Shown here: piece by piece, positions 8,737 to 18,216 of the stretch
How positions within the stretch are numbered: position 1 is the stretch's first letter
How the letters are laid out: the number at the start of each line of letters is the position of its first letter
Origin: a bacterium
GTDB taxonomy: Bacteria; Eisenbacteria; RBG-16-71-46
Assembly: GCA_043779265.1 (NCBI GenBank)
Contig: JAYWEM010000001.1
Span: 11,554-75,553, forward strand
Direction: 5' to 3'
Length of the DNA: 64,000 nucleotides
Translations under genes and position numbers: made by a program
Notes under the pieces: generated by a model
What the model was told of the DNA's origin: nothing
The model's input: only the letters and a program-made list of their open reading frames with translations
The model's database searches: none

Positions 8737-11700
8737 CTACGGAGTCACGACCACCGACCGCGTGGCCGTGAACTCGGAGGCGCGGAGCCGGGCGTAGTAG
8801 AGCCCCGAAGCCACGCGCCTGCCGCCCGCTCCGACGCCATCCCACGTGAACCGGTAGCGTCCTGCGGGCCGCTCCTCTCGAACGATGGTGTGGATGATGC
8901 GTCCCTGCGCATCGAGCACCTCGAGCCTGACCTGGCTTGCGCGAGGAAGATCGACCGCGAACGAGACACGCCCCGATGTGGGATTCGGCAGCGCCGGGCC
9001 CATGGCGAACTCACGCGGAAGGTCCGGATGCTCGACTGCGTTCCGCGATGAAGCCGTGGTGGTGGTGTTGCTGAAGTGGCCCGCGACCTCGAGGAAGAAT
9101 CTCCTCGTCAGCCCCTCGACCGGCGCCGGCGCGGCGAACAGTGCACTCGAAGGACTCTCAGGAGAGAGCACCAGCCCCTCACCATCCTCGGAACCGAGCG
9201 CGGCCACGTTCTCGAGCCCATCAGCCTGTAGCGCCTCGAGGAGATGCGTGGTCGTCGATGGAGCCAGCGAGCTCGCGAGGATGCGATCGAGCCCATGAAC
9301 TCGTGTGGACTGGTCGGCGACCAGCCGAACGCGATCGCCCGCGATCGCCCCGATCCCGAAGGTGTCGATCTTCCGTCTCGGATGGATTCGGCGGATCGTC
9401 TGCCACGCGCCGCCCTGTCTTGCCTGGATGGCGAGACCATCGCCTGTTCCGGCCGAGGCGCGCTCGCACCGAAGCGCGAGGCCCCGGGCTTCTGCGGACG
9501 CCGGCCAAGCGAACTCGAGTGCCTGCCCCGGTGCCATCAGCACGCCGTCCTCGGGCGAGCGGAAGAGGTCGCCGAGACTCACTCCCGACTCATCCAGCAC
9601 GACAGTCGGGGGCTCTGCAGTGCCAGCGAGGATGCCATCGGCTGTGGCGACCACCAGCACCTCGGCCGGGTGATCCACCACATGGAGTCGCATGGCATCG
9701 ATCAGCGCACCACCTCGTGCCGAGGTGGTGAGTCGGACGGCGTAGCGCTCGCCGGTGGCATCGAGCGAGAGATCCGGCAGGCTGGCCAGTTGACGAGCCA
9801 GTGTGCCCGGCTCCACACCGTCGAGGAACGTGTTGCGCTCGGTGAGATCCGATTGGGACGGCAACATGGAGAGGGCCCCGGCTCCACCGCGCCAGCTCAA
9901 CGGATCCCACTCGCCACCGCCACCTCCGCAGAATGGCTGGCAGGGCGGCACACTCTGCTGGATCGTGATCTTCACAACGCGAGTGTCGACGTCGCCGCTC
10001 CCATCGGTGGCCCGGATGATCGCGTAGTGCACACCCGCGGCGGGCTGGGACCAGATGAACTGCCCGTTGTTGATGGCCGAGCCGGCAGGAAGCGAGGAGT
10101 GGACGAAGGAGACCACCTCGCCGTCGGCGTCCGAGGCGTTGACCGCGAACGTGAGGGCGTTGGCGGTCTCTCCCGTTTGGTCGGGGACAGCTAGGACGGG
10201 GGCATGATCGTCGTGGATGCGCTCGATCCACAGATCGATGTCGCCGCTCGACCGATGTCGCCGTTCGTAGGCGAAACGCTGTCCGCTCTTGGACCAGGCC
10301 GGCCTGTCCTGGAAATACTGCAGGTGCTGCGCGCGATAGAACGTGTCCCGAGGGGCGGACAGGGTGTCGAGCATCGCGACTCGCTGGGCGATGGTGCCCG
10401 CGGGACAGCCGAGGAGCGGGTTATCGGGCGCAACGGATGCTCGATTGTTCAACGGTCGTCTGTCGGCGATGAGAATCGGCCCACCTGCAGGATGCGGGTC
10501 GAACCCGGTGAGACCGAATCCGATCGCAGGCTCCTCCGTGAACTCGCCGCCCCAACTCCAGACGCCGTGCAGCCTTCCCCCCTTGCCCTCGAGCGGCATG
10601 AGGATCCGGGTCCCGTCGGCGTTCCATCGCGGCTTGGTGAAGGAGATATAGGTTCCGATCGTATCGATCAATCGATCGCCCTGTCCGTCCAGCCCCACCC
10701 AGCGAAGGTAGGCGAGTTCGCTGTTCGGGGGGATGTGAACATAGGCGACACCCCGCCCGTTGGGCTGGAATGCGGGCATCGTCGCGTGTCCGGGCTGAGT
10801 CGAGATCGCATAGGGGCTCGCCGACGTGTCCGTCGTGGACCGTACGTAGATGGCCCCGGTGGATCCGATCATCGCCTCGAATGCGATCAGGTCGCGAAGC
10901 GGGGACCAATCGGGAGCGTACTGCTTGAAGTTGGTCATTCCGGTTCCGACGAGACGATGGGGCGAACCATCCATCCTTCGCCGATAGACCTTCGGCAGGG
11001 GTGATACGGAGAGGTCGGTGGCGCTGTACGCGATCTCATCGGAGTTCCAGGACCACGCCGGCAGGGCATCCCCGAACCCCGCCACCGCGCTGATGGGACC
11101 CGGAGGGGTGTAGGTGGCGCCCTCCGGGAGCAGCCGAACATCCAACCGATAGGGCACCCGCTCCCCGTATTGGGTCCCGAATTCATTTCCGCCATCGAGG
11201 GTCCCCGACTTGCCGTCCGCCAGAGTCAGCGTGAGGAACGCCGCCTTGTGTGTCGTGCCGAACTCGGGCACCACGATCGAGATCCTGCGACTGTCGAGCG
11301 AGTCGGTGCAGATGCTGTCGAGCGCGGTCGCCATGACCGCGGAGTTCGGGTAGCGGAACAGGTCGGACTCCTCACCCCCTCCATCGATTCGGTCATAGCC
11401 CACGACATTCGCGAGAATGCGAGCGTCCTTGTCCAGGAAGGTCCCGCCCGCGACCACATCGCAGGAGTAGCACTCGGTCGGCGTGATGTTCACGACGAGG
11501 GTCCTCGCGGTGCCGATGAGGCCGCTTGATGGCCGGATCACCCAGTGATTCGCGGCGTAGGGCGCGAGTGCGAGCGGCATCTCGGCGCCGCGGAAGCTGC
11601 GAATTCCCACCAACGTGGTCTCACGGTCGACCTGCGCTGAGCCCAGTTCCAGGATCGCCGGGATCGCGACGATGTCGTCCTCGTCGCAGCCGTCGATCGA

Positions 11701-12984
11701 CTGCCAGGCGCGCAGATGTCGTGCGGGCGAGAACCCGCTCCACGCGGGGTAGCCGAATTGGCTGTCTGCCAGCGCCGCATTGCCTACGAAAGTGGCGACG
11801 CGCCAGTTGTGCAGGAGAGCCCCGAGTCGAGCACGTCTCCCCAGCGGTCCGGCAGGAGTTCTGAAGTAGTCCTTCGATCGGCAGGTCACGCAGCTGTCGT
11901 CGGTCAGGAACGTGCCGAGGCCGTCGAGCGAGGCGTATCCAGCGCTTTTGCGCCACCGGTACATCAGGTCGTCGCGCATGCCGGAGAGCGTGCGAGCAGT
12001 GTCCGCGTTGAGGAAGTTGTAGGCGAGATAGGCCATGAAGGACGTGCGGCCCTGGTAGTTGGAGCGGGACCAGCGATTCGTCCAGCCTGATGATCCGCAG
12101 CCGATCGGATTTCCCTGCGAATCACGGAGCACATTGAGGTTGTTGGCGAGAAGCGGCCAAGTGTAGGGCACCTCCGCCGTCGCGGTGGTGTCGAACACGC
12201 CGCCGACCACCTCGGCGCCGGCGGACCATAGTTCGGAGTAGGACCCGGCGCGTGCCGCTCCGGGGAGGGAGTGCTGGAGTTCGTGGTTCCAGTTCAGGCG
12301 GTGGAGCCCGTGGAGCCTGGTCCAGCCCTCGCCGTCCAGGTCGATGGCGGCCGCCGAATGCGGACCCGTCACCTGCATCGAGTTCGCAGGCCGTACGTCC
12401 CCGTTGGCTCGGCCACTCGAGGCATCCTCATCGAGCGTCGTGAAGTCGGAGGGATAGGTCCCGCCTGTTCCCACGCGAGAGGGATGAACGAGATAGCCGT
12501 CGGCATGCGACCGGTCCTCGTTGGTGAACGTGCTCGCGCCGGTGATGTCCCCGCCATAGCCGACGCGGACCGCGGTGGAATCGCGCGGGTTCGTGGGATT
12601 CCAGTCGCTTCCCTGACGACGGAAGTAGTCGTAGACCACCTGGATGTTCCGAGCGTCAATGGCGATGGGGCTGCCGCCGAGCGCGAGCAGGGCAGCCGTG
12701 AACCCGTCAAGCGTGGCCCGGACCTCGAACGAGAGTGTGTCCGGGTACATCGAGTCCCAGAGATGCTCGACATCGCGAGCGGTCAGATCGATGCCCTTCT
12801 GCCCGGTCCGATGCGGATGGAAGGTCTCGACGCTCGGAACTCCGCCCGACGTGGTCTGCGTCGAGTCCGGGTTCGCTCCGCACGACTCGACCCCCGAAGC
12901 CTCGAGTCGAGCGGGAAGAAACACCAACGTCGCGATGAGCGCTGCGAACGCCGCATTCGCCATGATCGAGTGGGTCCGCCACAT
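8737..12984 (-). CDS. giant secreted multidomain protein (PD40/TolB-like beta-propeller repeats, Ig-like domain, C-terminal sorting-type domain)
   Basis: Signal peptide 'MANAAFAALIATLVFLPARLEAS'. PD40-like repeats ('DWSPLRDLIAFEA', 'WNADGTRIL') and a cadherin/Ig-like segment. C-terminal ~80 aa is shared with three other proteins in the window ('PNP..G...F......V.L.VLD..GR..........G.Y...WDG.......GLYY.RL'). The track ORF extends upstream to 13287; the start is probably ATG 12984 or 12963. Confidence 0.7.
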   Translation of the reverse strand: MWRTHSIMANAAFAALIATLVFLPARLEASGVESCGANPDSTQTTSGGVPSVETFHPHRTGQKGIDLTARDVEHLWDSMYPDTLSFEVRATLDGFTAALLALGGSPIAIDARNIQVVYDYFRRQGSDWNPTNPRDSTAVRVGYGGDITGASTFTNEDRSHADGYLVHPSRVGTGGTYPSDFTTLDEDASSGRANGDVRPANSMQVTGPHSAAAIDLDGEGWTRLHGLHRLNWNHELQHSLPGAARAGSYSELWSAGAEVVGGVFDTTATAEVPYTWPLLANNLNVLRDSQGNPIGCGSSGWTNRWSRSNYQGRTSFMAYLAYNFLNADTARTLSGMRDDLMYRWRKSAGYASLDGLGTFLTDDSCVTCRSKDYFRTPAGPLGRRARLGALLHNWRVATFVGNAALADSQFGYPAWSGFSPARHLRAWQSIDGCDEDDIVAIPAILELGSAQVDRETTLVGIRSFRGAEMPLALAPYAANHWVIRPSSGLIGTARTLVVNITPTECYSCDVVAGGTFLDKDARILANVVGYDRIDGGGEESDLFRYPNSAVMATALDSICTDSLDSRRISIVVPEFGTTHKAAFLTLTLADGKSGTLDGGNEFGTQYGERVPYRLDVRLLPEGATYTPPGPISAVAGFGDALPAWSWNSDEIAYSATDLSVSPLPKVYRRRMDGSPHRLVGTGMTNFKQYAPDWSPLRDLIAFEAMIGSTGAIYVRSTTDTSASPYAISTQPGHATMPAFQPNGRGVAYVHIPPNSELAYLRWVGLDGQGDRLIDTIGTYISFTKPRWNADGTRILMPLEGKGGRLHGVWSWGGEFTEEPAIGFGLTGFDPHPAGGPILIADRRPLNNRASVAPDNPLLGCPAGTIAQRVAMLDTLSAPRDTFYRAQHLQYFQDRPAWSKSGQRFAYERRHRSSGDIDLWIERIHDDHAPVLAVPDQTGETANALTFAVNASDADGEVVSFVHSSLPAGSAINNGQFIWSQPAAGVHYAIIRATDGSGDVDTRVVKITIQQSVPPCQPFCGGGGGEWDPLSWRGGAGALSMLPSQSDLTERNTFLDGVEPGTLARQLASLPDLSLDATGERYAVRLTTSARGGALIDAMRLHVVDHPAEVLVVATADGILAGTAEPPTVVLDESGVSLGDLFRSPEDGVLMAPGQALEFAWPASAEARGLALRCERASAGTGDGLAIQARQGGAWQTIRRIHPRRKIDTFGIGAIAGDRVRLVADQSTRVHGLDRILASSLAPSTTTHLLEALQADGLENVAALGSEDGEGLVLSPESPSSALFAAPAPVEGLTRRFFLEVAGHFSNTTTTASSRNAVEHPDLPREFAMGPALPNPTSGRVSFAVDLPRASQVRLEVLDAQGRIIHTIVREERPAGRYRFTWDGVGAGGRRVASGLYYARLRASEFTATRSVVVTP

Positions 12985-13114
12985 GTGCACACCCCCTGTG
13001 CTTCGGGCTCTCGAGCCCGTGTCCTGCGAACGGCTCCCGTCATCACGCGGTGATTGCAGGAATGCGAGATGCCGGAACGAGTGAGCTCGTTCGCTAAGAC
13101 GAAATATGGCTTTC

Positions 13115-13125
13115 GGGGGGGGGGG
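13115..13125. repeat. homopolymeric G11 tract in a divergent intergenic region
   Basis: 'tttcGGGGGGGGGGGcaagg' between the start of the giant minus-strand protein (~12984) and the plus-strand secreted gene at 13149. The flanking sequence is locally AT-rich. Confidence 0.8.
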
Positions 13126-13148
13126 CAAGGTCAAGTAACATCTCGAAC

Positions 13149-14891
13149 ATGTGGTGTCTGGGCGTTGGACTCTCGACGGGGCGGCGCTCGCGGCGAATCG
13201 CGCGGCTGGTGCTGACCGCTGTGCTGGCAGGTTCGGCACTCTCGCCTTCGGGAGCCGACGCGCTCCCCAGTGGCAGGGCATGGACACCGATCGACACGCT
13301 TCGGATCCATGGCCATCCGTACATGGCGGCAGAGAGGCTCGATACCGACTCCGCGGATGACCTGCGACTGATCGTCACCGGACAGTACGGGCCGGGTGAT
13401 GGCGCCTACGGGATGAAGTGGGCGGACAGCGCTTGGGTCGAGACGTGGTCGGGCATCCTGGACAACTACATCATGTGGCCGACGTCATCACCGCGCGACG
13501 AGCGAATGCTCGTCTGGAAGACCACGGTGCCTCCGGTGGGGCGGCGGAGTCACCTCGTGACGGCAACGGCCTTCGGCGACTCCATCTCGGCGCCCGATAC
13601 GGTGGCGGTGTGCGATGTCGAAGCCTTCATGTACACGGGCGCGGTCTGGGGCGACACGCGGTGGGTCGCGGTGCGGGACCTGGACAACACGACGCTTGGC
13701 TTTCCCTTTCATCTGCGAGTGTATCGCTCTCGAGCCTCAGAGCCGTGGACGCTCGTTCGCGACGAACACCTGGGCTTCTTCGGGGTCCGGGGCATCGCGA
13801 TGAGAGCGCTGGACTCCACCCGTGTCCTGATCGTGACCGCGAATCCGGACTTTCGAGTCCACTGGGGGGTGCTAGCGGACACGAACTGGAGCGTCTCGAA
13901 CTCGGCCTTGAGCGCCCAGGCGCTGGTGAACTCTCCTCAGTTCAGGGCGAATCCGGATCGAAGCGACTGGCTTGTCTGGGCACAAGGCGATCGTGGGATC
14001 TACGCGAACCGCCTGAGTGGAGAGGCCTGGGTCCAGACGGACACCCTACTCTCCGCCTTTCCCGACGGCTTGCGCTGGAACTTCTTTCAGCCCTACGTGA
14101 GCAAAGACTCCCATCCGTATCCCGCCGTTGCCTGGCACGGATTCAGCGACGCGAAACTCATCGACCACGTCTGGGTCGCGTTCCCGAACGACTCGGGCTT
14201 CGGTATCGGTGAGAAGCTCGATGGCACGGCGTTCGGCTACTTGCCGCAGGTGGCTCGCGACGAGAACGGCGACGTATGGGTGGCATTCTCGCGTGATCTG
14301 GCGGGGGCGTTCTGGCTGCACACCCATGCGACCGCGACGACGAGCGTGCCGGAGGTGGTGGAACTCGGTGGCCGGCCGCTCGTGCGCTGGTCGCTCAGCG
14401 TGCCGAGCCCCGAGACATGGTGGGCGGTCGAGCGAGCCGTGGGGTCTGGCGAGTTCGAGGTGGCGGCGCGCGTGCGAGCCACGGACGAGCAGGCGATGCA
14501 GTGGCATGACACGACGGGGCCAATGGATCAGCCGCTGCGCTATCGCATCCGCCGCGAGAGCAAGGACGTGCGGTATCGGTGGTGGAGCGAGGAGGCGGCC
14601 TGGGAGGTGCGCGGGCCGGTGCTGCGATTGAGCCGGGCGGGTGCCCATCCGGCGACCGAGGCGATCGAGTTCGAGGTCACGGGAGCCGCCGCGGGCGCGC
14701 TCACCATGCGGCTGCACGACCTGCAAGGGCGGCTGGTGCTGACCCGGCCGATCGTCGCCGCGGGCACGGCACACGACATCGTGCGCGTGCCCTTGGCGGG
14801 CACGTCGCTGCGGCCGGGGCTCTACCTGCTCAGTGTGCGGGGTGGCGACGGACGCAAGTCGGCCGGCCTGAAGGTCGCGGTGGTTCGCTGA
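13149..14891 (+). CDS. secreted hypothetical protein with C-terminal sorting-type domain
   Basis: Signal peptide 'RIARLVLTAVLAGSALSPSGADA'. C-terminus 'MRLHDLQGRLVLTR...GLYLLSVRGGDGRKSAGLKVAVVR' matches the shared tail domain. Confidence 0.6.
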   Translation: MWCLGVGLSTGRRSRRIARLVLTAVLAGSALSPSGADALPSGRAWTPIDTLRIHGHPYMAAERLDTDSADDLRLIVTGQYGPGDGAYGMKWADSAWVETWSGILDNYIMWPTSSPRDERMLVWKTTVPPVGRRSHLVTATAFGDSISAPDTVAVCDVEAFMYTGAVWGDTRWVAVRDLDNTTLGFPFHLRVYRSRASEPWTLVRDEHLGFFGVRGIAMRALDSTRVLIVTANPDFRVHWGVLADTNWSVSNSALSAQALVNSPQFRANPDRSDWLVWAQGDRGIYANRLSGEAWVQTDTLLSAFPDGLRWNFFQPYVSKDSHPYPAVAWHGFSDAKLIDHVWVAFPNDSGFGIGEKLDGTAFGYLPQVARDENGDVWVAFSRDLAGAFWLHTHATATTSVPEVVELGGRPLVRWSLSVPSPETWWAVERAVGSGEFEVAARVRATDEQAMQWHDTTGPMDQPLRYRIRRESKDVRYRWWSEEAAWEVRGPVLRLSRAGAHPATEAIEFEVTGAAAGALTMRLHDLQGRLVLTRPIVAAGTAHDIVRVPLAGTSLRPGLYLLSVRGGDGRKSAGLKVAVVR

Positions 14892-14894
14892 TCT

Positions 14895-15332
14895 CTACGC
14901 CGCCAGGCGCTTGGTCATCGCCAGGGTGTTGCGGCCGGCGGCGGAGCGATACTCCACGTGATCCATGATCGAATGGATCAGATGCAGTCCCATGCCGCCC
15001 TCGGGCAGGTTCGCGGTGTCCGCCGGGTCGAACTCGAATCGCGGCCGCTGCGGCCCGCGATTGGGAGCGCCCGCATCGCACACTTCCACATTCAGTTCGT
15101 CTCCCTGATGCACGAACGACACCATCACCACGTGCCCGGGTTCGAGGCGATAGGCGTGGCGGATCACGTTGTTGATGGCCTCGACCAGCGCCAGTTCGAC
15201 GAGCGCCGAGGCGCGCTGCTCGAGGCCCGCCTCGATGCACAGCGCCTTCAGCGCGCGTGCCGCGAACTGGACCTGGTCGAGCCGACTGTCGAGTCTCAGC
15301 TCGATCCGCCGCGGCCGGGGGGCGTTGCTCAT
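14895..15332 (-). CDS. anti-sigma regulatory factor, RsbW/SpoIIAB-like Ser/Thr kinase (HATPase_c)
   Basis: 'VELALVEAINNVIRHAY...VCDAGAP...GGMGLHLI' are GHKL ATPase motifs in a 145-aa protein. Start ATG overlaps the upstream phosphatase gene's stop (ATGA). Confidence 0.75.
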   Translation of the reverse strand: MSNAPRPRRIELRLDSRLDQVQFAARALKALCIEAGLEQRASALVELALVEAINNVIRHAYRLEPGHVVMVSFVHQGDELNVEVCDAGAPNRGPQRPRFEFDPADTANLPEGGMGLHLIHSIMDHVEYRSAAGRNTLAMTKRLAA

Positions 15333-16504
15333 GCCGCCCTCCGCTCGAGCCCGAGCAGCGTGACGTCGTCGGGGAAGTGGTCGCTCGCGCTCCAGGCGCG
15401 CAGATCGTGCTCGATCGCCGAGACCGTGGCGTCGAGCGAGTGCGAGCAGCCCTCGCGCACGGCCTGCTCGAGCCGATCGATCAGGAACGGCCTGCGCTCG
15501 GCGTTCGGACACTCGGTGACGCCGTCGGAGTAGAGGAACAGCCGATCGCCGGGGGCGAACGGGTGCGTCTCCTCCTCGAACGTGAGTCCCGGCAGCATGC
15601 CGATCGGGAATCCCGATTCGCCGATCCGCTTGAGCTCGCCGCCTCGCGCCAACACCGGCGAGGGATGTCCGCCCTGCGCGATCGTGAGTTGGTCGGTCTC
15701 GGCGTCGATCAGCCCATAGAGGATCGTGAAGTACTTCATCGAGTCGACGTCCGCCTGGAAGCGGTCGTTCAGTTCGGCGAGCACCTGCGCCGGCGGCAAC
15801 GGCAGCATGCGCCCCTTGGCGGTACTTCTCAGCAGCAGGCCCTCGGGCGACAGCATCTTGCTCAGGGAGAACGACAGCATGGCCGAGGAGACGCCGTGGC
15901 CGGCGACATCGAGCAGGTAGAAGGCGGTGAATCGCGCGCCCAGCGCGTGCACGCCGAATACGTCGCCTGCGACCATGTTGGCCGGATGCAATCGCCACGA
16001 GGATCGGACCGCCGGCCACTCCTGTCCTGGAGGGGGTAGCAACGTGCGCTGCAGACTGGCGGCGGCCTCGAGATCGGCGCGCGAGGACTCGAGCGCTTCG
16101 CCGAGACGGCGGCCGCGCTCGGCGAGATCGCTCTCGAGTTTCAGGACGCGCTCGCCGGCTCGCACCCGGGCTCGCAGTTCCTCGGCTTGGAACGGCTTCT
16201 CCATGAAGTCATCGGCGCCGGCATCCATTCCCTCGACCAGCGCGGCGACACCGCTGCGCCCGGTCAACAGCACCACGTACGTGTAGCCCGAGCACTGGCC
16301 GGCGCGGATACGGCGCGTCAGTTCGATGCCGTCGACGCCGGGCATCATCCAGTCGCTGATGACCATCCGGAACGGCTCGCTCTGGTAGAGCGCCCAGGCC
16401 TCCTCGCCGTCTCGCGCGACCACGACCTCGTGACCCCATTGCGTGAGGGTGCGGGTGAGGATGAGCCGGATGACGGATTCATCGTCCGCGACCAGGATGC
16501 GCAC
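15329..16504 (-). CDS. response-regulator receiver fused to PP2C/SpoIIE-type phosphatase (RsbU-like)
   Basis: Receiver 'RILVADDESVIRLIL...ISDWMMPGVDG', then PP2C motifs 'DVAGHGVSSAML' and 'DGVTE'. A GTG start near 16504 is more plausible than the track's extended 16705. Confidence 0.8.
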   Translation of the reverse strand: MRILVADDESVIRLILTRTLTQWGHEVVVARDGEEAWALYQSEPFRMVISDWMMPGVDGIELTRRIRAGQCSGYTYVVLLTGRSGVAALVEGMDAGADDFMEKPFQAEELRARVRAGERVLKLESDLAERGRRLGEALESSRADLEAAASLQRTLLPPPGQEWPAVRSSWRLHPANMVAGDVFGVHALGARFTAFYLLDVAGHGVSSAMLSFSLSKMLSPEGLLLRSTAKGRMLPLPPAQVLAELNDRFQADVDSMKYFTILYGLIDAETDQLTIAQGGHPSPVLARGGELKRIGESGFPIGMLPGLTFEEETHPFAPGDRLFLYSDGVTECPNAERRPFLIDRLEQAVREGCSHSLDATVSAIEHDLRAWSASDHFPDDVTLLGLERRAA

Positions 16505-16643
16505 GCTCGGGCCTCGCTTGCCCAAAGCTGGGCGGCGGGATAGGGATAGGGGGCGCCTCGTGGCCGGTGGGACCGGCCCTCTTCTGATTCTCGGTCGATT
16601 CGGCGCGCGGCTTGAGGCTTCGAGAACCTTGCAGGGAGGGCAC

Positions 16644-18197
16644 TTGGCGGCTGAGACACGGGATTTCACCGAAGCGGACCGGGCCCAACTGGCCGAGCGG
16701 GGCATCTCCGAGCCCGAAGCGGCCCGTCAACTCGGGCTGCTCGCGACTCCGCCGCCCCAGGCGGTACTCGTCCGTCCGTGCACGTTGGGCGATGGCGTAC
16801 GACAGATCGAGCTCGCCGAGCGCGCTGAACTGATCGCCGCCCACGCCGAGGCCGCCTCCGCCGGGCGCATCCGTTCGTTCATCCCCGCATCGGGCGCGGC
16901 CTCGCGCATGTTCAAGGACCTGCTCGCGGCCCAGGCGCTTCCGACGTCGATCACGCCAGCCGAGGTCCGGGCTCTGGCGGCCGAGGGCCGTTCCGATGCC
17001 GCATCGCTCGCGCAACTCGCCGAGTTGCTGCCGCGCTTCGCATTCGCCGAGCGCCTCGCCGAGCAGTTGCGCTCACGTGGACTCGATCCCACGAAGGTGT
17101 CGAGCGATGGGCCGTGGCAGGCACTGCTCTCGGCGTTGCTCGATACCGACGGCCTCGACTACGCGAACGCCCCCAAGGGCCTCCTGCCGTTCCACCGCAA
17201 CCATGGCGTCACGCGCACGGCGTTCGAGGAACATCTGAGAGAGGTGCCCGAAGTCGCGAGCGACAAGGCCGGGCGGGCGCGGATCCACTTCACCGTCTCG
17301 AGCGAGCATCGCGAGCGCTTCGAACGGGCGTTCGCCCGCAGTCGAGGTGCGCTCGACTTCGGCGCCAGTGTCCAGGATGTGAGCTTCTCCGAGCAACTCC
17401 CGGCGACTGACACATTGGCGGGAGCAGTCGGGGGTGGAGCATTCCGCGACGATGCGGGGCGGCTCGTGTTCCGGCCTGCGGGACATGGCGCGCTGCTCGC
17501 CAACCTCCATGCGCTCTCGGCCGACCTCGTGTTCATCAAGAACATCGACAACGTCGCGGTGCAGGCGCTGAGAGGCGAGGGCGTGATCTGGGCCAAGCTC
17601 CTGCTGGGGTTGGTGGCGCGCTATCACGCCCGAGGCGGGGCGCTCGCTGCGAGGCTCCGCGCGGGTGATGCCTCGGCGGCGAGCGACGCGGCAGCGTTCC
17701 TCGCGGAGACCACGGGTGAAGCGCTCCCCTCGGACGCGGACGTGAACGCCTGGTTGCTGGCACGGTTTGCGCGGCCGTGGCGCGTGGCGGGCATGGTGCC
17801 CAATACGGGCGAACCGGGCGGCGGACCCTTCTGGGTGCGCGGCGAGGGCGGCGCCGTGACGGCGCAGATCGTCGAGAGCGCCCAGGTCGACATGGGGAAC
17901 CCGCAGCAAGGGGACAGATTCCGCCACGGCACGCACTTCAATCCCGTGTTCATCGCCTGCGCCCTTCGCGGTACCGACGGACAGAGCGTGACACTCGATC
18001 GCTTCGTCGATGACGCAGCCGTCATCGTGACGCGCAAATCGCATGGCGGTCGCGACCTGCTGGCGCTCGAGCGGCCGGGTCTGTGGAACGGCGCCATGGC
18101 GAGATGGAACACGGTGTTCGTCGAAGTGCCGCTCGCTGTGTTCACGCCGGTCAAGACGGTGTTCGACTTGCTGCGGCCGGAGCATCAGGGCGACTGA
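16644..18197 (+). CDS. DUF4301-family protein
   Basis: 'DFTEADRAQLAERGIS...LVRPCTLGDGV...LLPFHRNHG' recalled as matching the N-terminal pattern of the DUF4301 family. Start is uncertain (TTG at 16644 with an upstream AGGGAGGG); the track ORF begins at 16443. Confidence 0.5.
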   Translation: MAAETRDFTEADRAQLAERGISEPEAARQLGLLATPPPQAVLVRPCTLGDGVRQIELAERAELIAAHAEAASAGRIRSFIPASGAASRMFKDLLAAQALPTSITPAEVRALAAEGRSDAASLAQLAELLPRFAFAERLAEQLRSRGLDPTKVSSDGPWQALLSALLDTDGLDYANAPKGLLPFHRNHGVTRTAFEEHLREVPEVASDKAGRARIHFTVSSEHRERFERAFARSRGALDFGASVQDVSFSEQLPATDTLAGAVGGGAFRDDAGRLVFRPAGHGALLANLHALSADLVFIKNIDNVAVQALRGEGVIWAKLLLGLVARYHARGGALAARLRAGDASAASDAAAFLAETTGEALPSDADVNAWLLARFARPWRVAGMVPNTGEPGGGPFWVRGEGGAVTAQIVESAQVDMGNPQQGDRFRHGTHFNPVFIACALRGTDGQSVTLDRFVDDAAVIVTRKSHGGRDLLALERPGLWNGAMARWNTVFVEVPLAVFTPVKTVFDLLRPEHQGD

Positions 18198-18216
18198 GGG
18201 GGGCTTCAGCCCGCCA

